NCBI GenBank assembly: GCA_934700615.1
Contig: CAKUXR010000003.1
Coordinates: forward strand, 15,536 to 79,535
Source of the DNA: an uncultured Bacteroidales bacterium
GTDB taxonomy: Bacteria; Bacteroidota; Bacteroidia; Bacteroidales; UBA932
Direction: 5' to 3'
Length of the DNA stretch: 64,000 bases
Positions 28,820 through 37,673 of the stretch are shown here, in pieces; the stretch's first letter is position 1, and each line of letters opens with the position of its first letter. Both the position numbers and the translations under genes were made by a program. Below the pieces are notes generated by a model. It saw only the letters and a list, made by a program, of their open reading frames with translations, had not been told where the DNA came from and made no database searches.

Positions 28820-29977
28820 ATGGAAAAAACATATTGCGACCTGATGCTCTTGGCCTCAGGGGTGATTGCCGCCCTTGCCGTGTCAATCATAGGAATCAAA
28901 ATCCCGTCAAAGCAGGAGTTCCGGAAACTCAGGACTGCCAGAGCGACACTGGCGGCATCATTCATCACACTTTCAATTCTGAATTTCATCTGCTATTTCA
29001 CGGGTTACGACGAGGACCTTGACAGACTGAACACCCTGATAGTGGCAGCATTCCAGGCACTCCTTCTGACAGGGACCCTGCTGGTATTCATCCGTCCGGA
29101 TGTGGTTACAGGAAAATGGGTGGGACTGCAAGTGGCGGCAATCAGCCTCATCACTGCCATGCTCTACTTCGTCATGTTCCTTTTTCCGGGGATATATCCG
29201 GTCTTCTTCTACACAGGAGCGGCTCTTCTGGTACTGCAACTTGTCATGTACAGCATCAGCTTCTTCAAGTCGCAGAACATGACTTTGAATGATTTGAACG
29301 AATATTATGCAGACGATTTCTCTCCCAGACTCGGAGGAATTCGGGCAGGCTTCATTCTCATGCTCATAATAGGAGTGTTGGCACTTTGCACCCTGGTTAC
29401 AGGCCCGTGGTTCTACGCCATCTTCGTCCCGGCATATCTCATCTGCTATACCATCGTCGCGATTTGCATGATACGCTATGTAAACAATACATCTTTCATC
29501 CTTCCCGCCGTCAGTCAGGACAGCACAGAGACGCCACATGCGGAACAACCCTCTGAGGCCTCACATAAAAATCCCGCCAATATCTCTGACAACCAGATAA
29601 TTGTACTGCGGAACAAACTGGAATCATGGGAGGCCGCCGGAGAATACCGGCACAGGGATATACCATATAAAGACATACTGGAGCATCTCGACACCGACCC
29701 GGCGACCATGCGCGCCTTCATGAAGAGTGAGCACGGGATGGATTTCCGTTCATGGAGAAACAGACTCCGTCTCAATGATGCCAGCCGGATGCTGCTGGAA
29801 CACCCCGAGATGAAAGCGGAAAGAATCAGCGAAGCCGTGGGCTACAGCGACAGCAGCAACTTCCACACAGATTTCCGAAAATTTACAGGAATGTCTGCGA
29901 GCGAGTGGAGGAAAACCCATACGAAGACAGGTCAATGCCAGAACCCGTTATCGACAAACCCGGAAAATCAATCTTAA
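28820..29977 (+). CDS. Membrane-anchored AraC-family transcriptional regulator (about 6 TM helices plus a C-terminal HTH_AraC)
   Basis: N-terminal hydrophobic helices; the C-terminal ~100 aa carry AraC HTH signatures (..NDASRMLLEHPEMKAERISEAVGYSDSSNFHTDFRKFTGMSASEWR). Confidence 0.75.
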   Translation: MEKTYCDLMLLASGVIAALAVSIIGIKIPSKQEFRKLRTARATLAASFITLSILNFICYFTGYDEDLDRLNTLIVAAFQALLLTGTLLVFIRPDVVTGKWVGLQVAAISLITAMLYFVMFLFPGIYPVFFYTGAALLVLQLVMYSISFFKSQNMTLNDLNEYYADDFSPRLGGIRAGFILMLIIGVLALCTLVTGPWFYAIFVPAYLICYTIVAICMIRYVNNTSFILPAVSQDSTETPHAEQPSEASHKNPANISDNQIIVLRNKLESWEAAGEYRHRDIPYKDILEHLDTDPATMRAFMKSEHGMDFRSWRNRLRLNDASRMLLEHPEMKAERISEAVGYSDSSNFHTDFRKFTGMSASEWRKTHTKTGQCQNPLSTNPENQS

Positions 29978-29991
29978 ACAACTAACAATCA

Positions 29992-30753
29992 ATGAAAAAG
30001 ATAGCATTTATAACTGGAGCCACCAGCGGAATCGGAGAAGCCTGCGCAAGAAGATTTGCAGAGGGCGGTTACAATTTGATATTAACGGCCCGTCGTGCCG
30101 GGAAACTGGCTGAAATCAAGGCTGAATTGGAAGCAGAGGGCGCCAAGGTAAAGACTTTGGTATTCGATGTACGGGATGCCGAGGCAGCAAAGACTGCTGT
30201 AGATTCACTCGAACCGGAATGGCAGAAAATCGACGTCCTCATCAATAACGCCGGCCTTGCACTCGGTCTTGATAAGGAGTATGAAGGCGACCCTGAGGAT
30301 TGGAACACCATGATTGACACCAATATAAAGGGACTTCTGACTATGACAAGACTCATCGTTCCCGGCATGGTAAAACGGAATGAAGGACATGTAATCAATA
30401 TCGGCAGTGTTGCCGGTGACGCGGCTTACGCCAATGGCAATGTATATTGCGCGACCAAGGCGGCCGTGAAGACCATCACTGACGGATTGCGCATCGACGT
30501 GGCTGAAACCGCCGTCCGTGTCACGAATCTCAAACCTGGACTCGTAGAGACCAATTTCAGCAACGTCCGCTTCCATGGTGACAACGAAAGGGCCGACAAG
30601 GTTTACAAGGGCATCACTCCCCTTACTGGTGCGGACATCGCCGACGTCGCTTTCTACGCGGCATCAGCCCCAAAACATGTCCAGATCGCCGAAGTTCTCA
30701 TTCTCGCCACACACCAGGGAAGCGGAAGCGTAATCTACCGGAACAACCTATAG
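29992..30753 (+). CDS. SDR-family NAD(P)-dependent oxidoreductase (YdfG/3-hydroxy acid dehydrogenase-like)
   Basis: TGATSGIGEA Rossmann motif, NNAG, and catalytic YxxxK (YCATKAAV). Confidence 0.9.
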   Translation: MKKIAFITGATSGIGEACARRFAEGGYNLILTARRAGKLAEIKAELEAEGAKVKTLVFDVRDAEAAKTAVDSLEPEWQKIDVLINNAGLALGLDKEYEGDPEDWNTMIDTNIKGLLTMTRLIVPGMVKRNEGHVINIGSVAGDAAYANGNVYCATKAAVKTITDGLRIDVAETAVRVTNLKPGLVETNFSNVRFHGDNERADKVYKGITPLTGADIADVAFYAASAPKHVQIAEVLILATHQGSGSVIYRNNL

Positions 30754-31128
30754 TTTTCGGGTTTCAGCCAAGACTGAATACACGCTGAAGACTAACCCAT
30801 AGGTCAATCCCAAAATCATAAGGGAAGAAAGCACTTTCACCTTATAAGAGAAAAGTGCGACATTTCCGATGCTGGTGATGCTCCTGATGATTTCCAGATC
30901 TGTCGGGAGCATCGGCAGCAGAAGAAGAGCAACAACTGCAGAAAGCACACCGGCAACAAATGCGACTACCAGATACCGCCTGCAACTACGCTTCTGTTCC
31001 TGCTGGATGCGCTTGAGGAACTCCACTTTGTCAAGCCTCGAAGACAGTTTGTCAATGAAAATTTCATTGTCATTGAACTCGGTTATGGCGGAAGCGAAGA
31101 GCGCTTCCAGTTCTTTATCTTTTGTCAT
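30748..31128 (-). CDS. Small single-pass membrane protein, putative anti-sigma factor partner
   Basis: ATGA overlap with the upstream ECF sigma gene; a cytoplasmic N-terminus followed by TM helices. Confidence 0.5.
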   Translation of the reverse strand: MTKDKELEALFASAITEFNDNEIFIDKLSSRLDKVEFLKRIQQEQKRSCRRYLVVAFVAGVLSAVVALLLLPMLPTDLEIIRSITSIGNVALFSYKVKVLSSLMILGLTYGLVFSVYSVLAETRKL

Positions 31129-31601
31129 AGCTTGATTATATTTTTAAGTTTTTCCCTTCCGCGGGACATCTGCTTTTTCACTGCATCAGCATTGACCTCG
31201 GTGATTGCAGCAATTTCTTTGATGGAGTAGCCGCTGAGGTAGTAGAGTGTGATGGCGGTTCTTTCTTTCGGAGGCAGGGTGGAGAGCGCGAGATAGAGTT
31301 GCTGATGCGAAAAACTGCTGTCAGCGGATTCCTGAGACGCTACAGTGCAGGCTTCATCGATGGAGTCGTATTGCTTTTGCGACGCAGTATGATTCAGAAA
31401 TGTATTGTAAGCAATCTTGAACAACCATGATTTGAACTGCCCGCTGTCTGAATAACGACCAATTGCCAGATAGGCTTTGACCAGTGCTTCCTGCGCAATG
31501 TCATCAGCATCAGCCAGATTGCCGCCGCACAAAGCCAGCAGGAAGCCTCTTAGTGCATTCTGCTGGATTTTTACTTGTGCTATAAACTGGTCTCTGTCCA
31601 T
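31125..31601 (-). CDS. RNA polymerase ECF-type sigma-70 factor
   Basis: Sigma-70 region 2 (DIAQEALVKAYL ... FKSWLFKIAYN) and region 4 (TLPPKERTAITLYYLSGYSIKEIAAIT). Confidence 0.9.
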   Translation of the reverse strand: MDRDQFIAQVKIQQNALRGFLLALCGGNLADADDIAQEALVKAYLAIGRYSDSGQFKSWLFKIAYNTFLNHTASQKQYDSIDEACTVASQESADSSFSHQQLYLALSTLPPKERTAITLYYLSGYSIKEIAAITEVNADAVKKQMSRGREKLKNIIKL

Positions 31602-31603
31602 GA

Positions 31604-32047
31604 TTACTCCTGAACCGACTTACGCTCTTCAGCTTCGATTTCCTCTGCAAGGTATTTCTTGCCGTAAACGAAACTTACCGCCAAGGCAATACCGATTGCC
31701 AGAAACGTACCGCCAAGAAATCCTGGGAGAACCGGCGAGATAGCCGACGATACTTGAGGGACAAATACTGCGGCAAGGATAAGTCCAGTGCCCAAAACCA
31801 GCAGAATTATGCTCCAGGTCAATCTAGCCACGAGTTTTTCTTTGATAAGTTTTCCCTTCTCCTGCGGTGCGAGTTTTTCAAGCCACTCTGCCACATTGAT
31901 ATCAGGATTCTTTTCCAATGCAGCTATTATAATGTCCTTCCTCTTATTGGTTTCATTGATCTGCTTGCGGGTAACGAACCAAATGATGACAATCGGCAAA
32001 ATCGTAGAACAGCCTATGAGCCAAACGATTGATAATACTCCTTCCAT
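31604..32047 (-). CDS. Membrane protein of unknown function, first gene of the ECF sigma operon
   Basis: Two to three predicted TM helices; the 3-nt gap to the sigma gene suggests co-transcription. Confidence 0.6.
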   Translation of the reverse strand: MEGVLSIVWLIGCSTILPIVIIWFVTRKQINETNKRKDIIIAALEKNPDINVAEWLEKLAPQEKGKLIKEKLVARLTWSIILLVLGTGLILAAVFVPQVSSAISPVLPGFLGGTFLAIGIALAVSFVYGKKYLAEEIEAEERKSVQE

Positions 32048-32158
32048 GATGATAAATTTTACTTGTTATACATTGTACAGTTTTCGAACATGTTCGCATA
32101 TATAACAAGACAAAGATAGGAAAGGTGACGTCAATGCTACCTTTCCTATCATTAATTT

Positions 32159-33097
32159 TCAAAACTTCTTTGTCCTCATGTGGCAATACGGCTCGCCACC
32201 CGTCTTTTCGTAGTATTGCTGGTGGTAAGACTCGCCGATATAGAAAGGCTCTTCGGGAAGCAACAGAGTATTGACCTCATACCCCTTGTCGCGAAGCAAC
32301 TGCATAACATGTTCAGCAGTATTCCTCTGATTGTCATCACGATAGAAAATGCAACTCCTGTACTGCGGACCGAGATCCGGACCGACTCCATCCGTCTGGG
32401 CAGGGTCATGAATTTCGAAGAACAGTTTGCAGAGACTCTCGTAGGAAACCAGTTTGGGGTCAAACTCCACGATTACAGACTCCACATGATGGGTCCTGTG
32501 CTCCCTGACGTCCTCATACGTAGGAAAAGCCTCTTCCCCGCCAGTATAACCCGCCAGGGTATTAATCACGCCCGGCACCTTCTGAAACTGATGCTGAGTA
32601 CCCCAGAAACAGCCGCAGGCGAAAATTCCGACCGCAATGCCATCGGCTGCCGGCGCATGATAAAGGTCAATCTTAGAGCAATTTTCAATGGCAGTCCGCA
32701 CCATTTTCAATGCCTTGCCATGCTTCGCCTGCAAGTCCGGATATGACTTCCCGCGCGAAAAATTATGCCTCAGGTCATTGAATTTCACCTGCAGTGCAAT
32801 GGGATTTCCAGAATCAATGATATTCTGTACGTATTCGAAATAATCAGTTCCTTTTTCGTGGGTAAGAAGCCTTAAGGCATTGACAATGCCGGTCGGGATG
32901 CCTTCTCTGAGCAGGTCGTCGAAGGTCACGTCCGAGTCTTCCACCACGTCATGAAGGAATCCGGCTATCTTTTCTTCGTCTGTGTGTCCCATCAGTCCTA
33001 CAGTCAACGGATGGAGAATCACGGGATGTCCGTCACGGTCCAACTGTCCCGCATGAGCAGCAGTTGCGATGCGGAGCGCTATGTCTATTGCATTCAT
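32159..33097 (-). CDS. msrA: Fusion protein: N-terminal SpoT/Mesh1-like HD hydrolase domain plus C-terminal peptide-methionine (S)-S-oxide reductase MsrA
   Basis: Residues 1-150 are HD (AHAGQLDRDGHPVILHPLTVG, FLHDVVEDS). Residues 160-312 are MsrA (GIFACGCFWGTQ catalytic Cys motif, the YHQQYYEK tail). Confidence 0.85.
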   Translation of the reverse strand: MNAIDIALRIATAAHAGQLDRDGHPVILHPLTVGLMGHTDEEKIAGFLHDVVEDSDVTFDDLLREGIPTGIVNALRLLTHEKGTDYFEYVQNIIDSGNPIALQVKFNDLRHNFSRGKSYPDLQAKHGKALKMVRTAIENCSKIDLYHAPAADGIAVGIFACGCFWGTQHQFQKVPGVINTLAGYTGGEEAFPTYEDVREHRTHHVESVIVEFDPKLVSYESLCKLFFEIHDPAQTDGVGPDLGPQYRSCIFYRDDNQRNTAEHVMQLLRDKGYEVNTLLLPEEPFYIGESYHQQYYEKTGGEPYCHMRTKKF

Positions 33098-33110
33098 AAT
33101 GTTCTGTTTA

Positions 33111-33530
33111 TTAGTTGGTCGGATATTGATTATGTCTTAGGAATCTGGCTGAGGCGAAGAGCAGCATCGGACCCAGCCCCGAATAGAATGATGCCGTAAA
33201 TTCAAGTGGAATTCCGGGAATGAATTTCAGGGCCATGCCCAGACAAAGCATGAATAGTATCAGAATCCATCCCCGAAGCGGGAATGTATGCCATATGCTC
33301 GTCTTTTCCGGCTGTGCGGCGATAAGAGCCGAATACTTGTCAACGACTTTCCTGAACATGAAAAAGAAGCAGACCAGAACCACGGCAGTGCCCGAAATGA
33401 GCCACCATGATTCCCGCAAAGGCATTGACAAATATGCATTGACACCCTTGACAGTTATGATGACACCGGGTATCCCCCAAAGCGCCGCAGCCACGAAATA
33501 TAAAGCACACCTTTTCATCTCAGACAGCAA
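33111..33530 (-). CDS. Polytopic membrane protein of unknown function, co-oriented 14 nt upstream of the HD-MsrA gene
   Basis: Four hydrophobic helices; no recognised domain. Confidence 0.55.
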   Translation of the reverse strand: MLSEMKRCALYFVAAALWGIPGVIITVKGVNAYLSMPLRESWWLISGTAVVLVCFFFMFRKVVDKYSALIAAQPEKTSIWHTFPLRGWILILFMLCLGMALKFIPGIPLEFTASFYSGLGPMLLFASARFLRHNQYPTN

Positions 33531-33546
33531 TTGTCAACCATACACA

Positions 33547-33951
33547 TCAATCCTGAAAGAACTTGTCAAGTTTACCAGATTCTAGGTCCTCCAGCATCTT
33601 GTTGGTCGTTTCTCTAAGCACAGGCAGGTCTTTCCGTATAGTATTAAAGACTGCTTCATCATCAATATCTGAATATTCATGAGACAAAACATTCCTCATA
33701 CCAAAGACCGCTTTCCAAGGCACCTGTTTATAGGGCGAGAAAAACTCTTCGGAAACCTTATTCCTTATTTTGATAAAGTTTTCGGTAATATATTGAAGGC
33801 TCATCCCACAGGCTCTGAATACCGTCATTCCTGTTATACTCTGTCCAAAGTCTTCAGGAGACTCTATCGAGACAGACATTTTTTCGATCAAGTCCATTTC
33901 ATCAATACACACACGCAGGTAGGTCCTGATTCTCTCTTTCACACTACACAT
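33547..33951 (-). CDS. hepT: HepT-like (DUF86) nucleotidyltransferase-substrate-binding toxin
   Basis: Rx4HxY motif (RNVLSHEY) near the C-terminus. Overlaps the upstream MNT gene by 8 nt. Confidence 0.8.
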   Translation of the reverse strand: MCSVKERIRTYLRVCIDEMDLIEKMSVSIESPEDFGQSITGMTVFRACGMSLQYITENFIKIRNKVSEEFFSPYKQVPWKAVFGMRNVLSHEYSDIDDEAVFNTIRKDLPVLRETTNKMLEDLESGKLDKFFQD

Positions 33952-34447
33952 ATATCAAATCTTTTTCAATATTCGCCCTAAATTCATATCGACTTTTAGC
34001 TTTCTCTGACACCAAATCCACTCTACGTTTCAGGACAGACTCCAGAAGGATATTTATCTCTGATAAAACAAACAACGATGGATTCTTAACTGAAATAAGG
34101 ATATCAACATCACTATCACTTCCCTGTTTTCCTCTTGCACAACTCCCGAACAATGCCATACTCTCTATCCCGTACTTTGCGCCCTGACTTCTCTTAAAGG
34201 CCCTGAGAATCCCCAAAATACGCTCCTTTTCAGAACACTCACTTGCATATTTATCCACAATCGTGAACTTCAATTCATAGCCGAGCGCTTCCAGCAAACG
34301 CAAGATAGTCTCTTCACTACCTAAAGTTCCCTTCTCCATTTTAGAAATCTGAGACTTGGACATTCCGGCCAAGACGCCAAGTTGCTCTTGCGTAAGGTTT
34401 CTGGACTTACGCAAAGACTTTAGCATATTAGATGTAATCGTTTTCAT
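33944..34447 (-). CDS. mntA: MNT-type minimal nucleotidyltransferase antitoxin with an N-terminal XRE-type HTH
   Basis: N-terminal HTH (LTQEQLGVLAGMSKSQISKME), then a GSxxRG ... DxD nucleotidyltransferase motif (FGSCARGKQGSDSDVDI). Confidence 0.8.
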   Translation of the reverse strand: MKTITSNMLKSLRKSRNLTQEQLGVLAGMSKSQISKMEKGTLGSEETILRLLEALGYELKFTIVDKYASECSEKERILGILRAFKRSQGAKYGIESMALFGSCARGKQGSDSDVDILISVKNPSLFVLSEINILLESVLKRRVDLVSEKAKSRYEFRANIEKDLIYV

Positions 34448-34548
34448 TTCAGTCCAAATATATCAAATATTTCATATTTATGCAACTTCAAGTTTAAAAT
34501 CGCGCCAACACATGAGTTAAATGTTGGACTCAGAAGAATATTTTTTGG

Positions 34549-34556
34549 TATCTTTG
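34549..34556 (+). promoter_or_regulatory. -7 promoter element TATCTTTG upstream of the peptidase gene
   Basis: TAnnTTTG match 43 nt upstream of the ATG at 34599. Confidence 0.35.
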
Positions 34557-34598
34557 TGGATAGAAAACCACATATTATTTAACTAACAACCACATTTT

Positions 34599-35918
34599 AT
34601 GAGAAAGTCATTTCTTAACACAAAAACAGCCCTGTCGCTGGTTTTGTCGTTCATCTTGCCGCTGCAGATGCTGGCAACTGAACTCGGAGAGGCCGGAAAA
34701 CGTCTGGCCGCACTACCAGGAGTAAGCAATGTCGAAACGCTTGAATCCGCACATTTCCCTGAGAAATATGTGTTCTTCATCCGTCAGCAACTTGACGCGA
34801 AAGACGCATCCAAAGGAGGCTTCGACCAGAGAGTCGTTTTGTGCCACCGCGGATTCGACCGGCCTACCGTCTTCGTGACAGAAGGTTACAACGGACGATA
34901 CGCACTCTACAGCAACTATATCGAAGAACTGGCGAAACTGTTCGACACCAACATCATCCTCGCCGAATACCGCTATTTCGACAAGTCAATGCCAAAGGAG
35001 CGCAACTGGGATTACCTTACAGTCGAGAACTCACTCTACGACTTGCACCACATCAATGAAACCCTCCGCGCGATGTATAACGGCAAATGGATTTCCACCG
35101 GCATCAGCAAAGGCGGGCAGACCACAATGTTCTACCGTTCATACTTTCCTGATGATGTGGACATTTCAGTCCCTTACGTAGCGCCGCTGAACAGAGCCCT
35201 CGAGGACGTAAGACCGGAGATATTCATCAATGATAAGGTCTCCACCAAGGAAAACAGGCAGAAAGTAATTGATTTCCAGGCTCTTCTCTTCGAACGCAAG
35301 GCTGCATTGATACCAATGATGGAAAAATATTGCAAGGAGATGAAGTACACATTCAAAGAGCCGCTGGAGAATGTCTTCGACTTCTGTGTGCTCGAGTATT
35401 CATTCGCTTTCTGGCAGTGGGGATATAACGTTGACAGGATTCCTACCAGAGAAGCGACTGACGAGCAGATCTTCGGATATCTGATGGGAATCAGCGAGCC
35501 AAGTTATTTCACAAACCAGACAGGCAATGTTTCCTTCAATGTCCAGGCTGCCCGTGAATTGGGATACTATGGCTACTACACCAAGCCATTCAAGAAATAT
35601 CTGAGCATCAAGACATCCAAAGGATATCTCAAGCGTCTCATGTTGCCGACAGACGCGGAGGACATAAAGTTCTCTTCTGAGCTCTACAAGCACACTGTCA
35701 GTTTCCTGAGCAAGAACGACCCTAAGATGATTTACATCTACGGCGAACAGGACCCTTGGACAGCAACCGGCATCTATGGGCTTCCGCTTACAAAGGACAA
35801 GGAAAATCTCCATGTCTATCTCTGCAAAGGCGGTTCCCACTACACCCGCATCAAGTCCTTCCCGGAAGAAACTCAGCAGGAAATCATCCAGCTGATAAAC
35901 AAATGGTTACAGGAATAA
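34599..35918 (+). CDS. Secreted S28-family-like serine peptidase / alpha-beta hydrolase
   Basis: Signal peptide; overall resemblance to Bacteroidetes S28 aminopeptidases (GGQTTMFY region, ~440 aa). Assigned from memory of the family, not verified. Confidence 0.55.
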   Translation: MRKSFLNTKTALSLVLSFILPLQMLATELGEAGKRLAALPGVSNVETLESAHFPEKYVFFIRQQLDAKDASKGGFDQRVVLCHRGFDRPTVFVTEGYNGRYALYSNYIEELAKLFDTNIILAEYRYFDKSMPKERNWDYLTVENSLYDLHHINETLRAMYNGKWISTGISKGGQTTMFYRSYFPDDVDISVPYVAPLNRALEDVRPEIFINDKVSTKENRQKVIDFQALLFERKAALIPMMEKYCKEMKYTFKEPLENVFDFCVLEYSFAFWQWGYNVDRIPTREATDEQIFGYLMGISEPSYFTNQTGNVSFNVQAARELGYYGYYTKPFKKYLSIKTSKGYLKRLMLPTDAEDIKFSSELYKHTVSFLSKNDPKMIYIYGEQDPWTATGIYGLPLTKDKENLHVYLCKGGSHYTRIKSFPEETQQEIIQLINKWLQE

Positions 35919-35928
35919 CAAAAACTCA

Positions 35929-35975
35929 AAACAGAGCTCAGTCCGACATTCAGGATGGGCTCTGTTTTTTCTCTC
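35929..35975 (+). terminator. Rho-independent terminator downstream of the peptidase gene
   Basis: aacagagctcag ... gggctctgttttttctc: a GC-rich stem followed by a T-run. Confidence 0.4.
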
Positions 35976-36000
35976 TTACGATGCCGCTTTCTCCTCAGCA

Positions 36001-36537
36001 TCAATGTGCTTCAATCCGGTAGTTTTTGAATTTTCCTTTTGTGACTGTAAGACTCTTGTTTTCGCTCCGCTCATATGTAGATTCAGAGTTAAACCAGAAC
36101 TCGCCCTCGTATCGCCCTTTCTTGTTCTTCTTGATTTTTATCATTCCTTCGGTTATACGATGTTGATTTGCATCTACATCATAGATATAATCATTATCTA
36201 TGTCCAAAGGATACCATTTATCCAACTTCAAATCTCCCTTTACCTTCATGCTGATTCTCAAAACCACATAATAGACTGGAGCTGAAGTAATGTCCTGACC
36301 TTCCTTAGTCATGTCCGCTGATAAAATATAGGCTACAGAGTCCGCCCAGGACACTGATACCAAATCAGACTCCACTTTATCGTTGTCATATGTATTGCCG
36401 GAGAACTTTGCGCCATTAATCTCTGCAGAAACTGTGAGTTTCTCCAAGGACTTCAATTCGGTCAGAAGTTTATTACAGTCTGACATTGACGTCAATAATA
36501 CGAATGATGTCACCATCAATACCACTAATTTTTTCAT
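36001..36537 (-). CDS. Small secreted lipoprotein of unknown function (178 aa), tandem paralog
   Basis: Signal ending LTSMSDC and a shared GEFWFN block with the neighbouring gene. AT-rich. Confidence 0.7.
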   Translation of the reverse strand: MKKLVVLMVTSFVLLTSMSDCNKLLTELKSLEKLTVSAEINGAKFSGNTYDNDKVESDLVSVSWADSVAYILSADMTKEGQDITSAPVYYVVLRISMKVKGDLKLDKWYPLDIDNDYIYDVDANQHRITEGMIKIKKNKKGRYEGEFWFNSESTYERSENKSLTVTKGKFKNYRIEAH

Positions 36538-36539
36538 AA

Positions 36540-37148
36540 CTATTCCTCAATATTTGGTTCAACATCTGACGCCTCCTTTTGTTTATTATCAAAATATTCA
36601 TGCGCACGAAGATTTTTGAACCATCCTTTTTTTGCTATCAATATGTCATCAGGATCATTGTCGTTTACCGCATTGAACCAGAACTCGCCACTGTATTTCT
36701 TCATCTCGCGACGTCCATCCTCAATCTTAGTGATTTTTAGGGAGCCGTCCAAAATACTATATATGTCTCCGCCAATATACCACAATGCATAGTTGCAGTC
36801 GGTATCTTTACGCTCTCTTCTAAATAACGGATACCATTTGTTCAATTCAATATCGCCCTTAGTATGAATGCACACGTTATAGTCGATTGCGTCCTTATAC
36901 TTATTTTCAAAAATAGTTACAGGAGATGCATTTATCCAAAATGCAAGGGAGTCTTCATCCCAATGACGGACCCATGCAAACACATATCCGCCTCCCAATA
37001 TAAAGGAATGTGGCATTGTGTAGCCTAAAGTCTTTCCATTAACGTCAACATAAATGGATTCCTCGTTATTCTCATACCATTTTTCACAGTCTGACATTGA
37101 CGTCAAAACTATCAAACAGGTAAAGAGCAGTGGTATAAATCTTTTCAT
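36540..37148 (-). CDS. Small secreted lipoprotein of unknown function (202 aa), tandem paralog
   Basis: Signal ending LTSMSDC and a SGEFWFN block. A 2-nt gap separates it from the downstream paralog. Confidence 0.7.
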   Translation of the reverse strand: MKRFIPLLFTCLIVLTSMSDCEKWYENNEESIYVDVNGKTLGYTMPHSFILGGGYVFAWVRHWDEDSLAFWINASPVTIFENKYKDAIDYNVCIHTKGDIELNKWYPLFRRERKDTDCNYALWYIGGDIYSILDGSLKITKIEDGRREMKKYSGEFWFNAVNDNDPDDILIAKKGWFKNLRAHEYFDNKQKEASDVEPNIEE

Positions 37149-37391
37149 ATCCTCAGTGTTTTAAATTATAAATGTAAACTATATTGTTACAAGCAAATGT
37201 CCGCATTCCAATATCTATAACACTCTAGTTGCAATTAAGCAATTATTTCTCTAAAAAAAAATTTCGAGTACAATTTATTTGTTCATCTTGAGAATACACC
37301 TCACACTTCCACAGCATAAATTGTCGGATAGTTCGACATAAAGGATTATTACTGGTGTAAGTGAGCATTCCGTAGCTGAATAGCGAACAAA

Positions 37392-37478
37392 CGGTGTAAA
37401 AAACAGCCTGATTTTGCACCGTTTCATCATATTTGCCAAAACGGTGTAAAAACTAGCCGATATTTTCACCGATTTTAC
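37392..37478. promoter_or_regulatory. Two tandem palindromic sites AACGGTG-N20-CACCG(a/t)TT upstream of the lipoprotein pair. Probably operator or regulatory sites.
   Basis: aacggtgtaaaaaacagcctgattttgcaccgtt and aacggtgtaaaaactagccgatattttcaccgatt, about 48 bp apart. Confidence 0.3.
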
Positions 37479-37673
37479 GTTGAGACTGCTTTGTGCCTCG
37501 TACGCACTACGAAATGCAAATCAACCGGGTTTTTACGTTGTCCCCATTTTATGCGGTGGAAAATAATGAACCGAACTTCTTAATTCCAGATTGACAGCAA
37601 CTCTATATAAATTGGCGGCCAGCAAGGATTTCTCTTTGCAGGCCGCCGTCACACATAATTATTTAACAACTAA

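Noticed and set aside
28656-28886. N-terminal extension of the FGE-domain lipoprotein (MTRQGRQSPLRPRASG..)
   Set aside because: Arg- and Pro-rich non-protein-like sequence. The signal peptide begins at the internal Met (28655).
37275-37469. 64-aa minus-strand ORF
   Set aside because: It overlaps the tandem palindromic repeat region and is most likely non-coding regulatory DNA.
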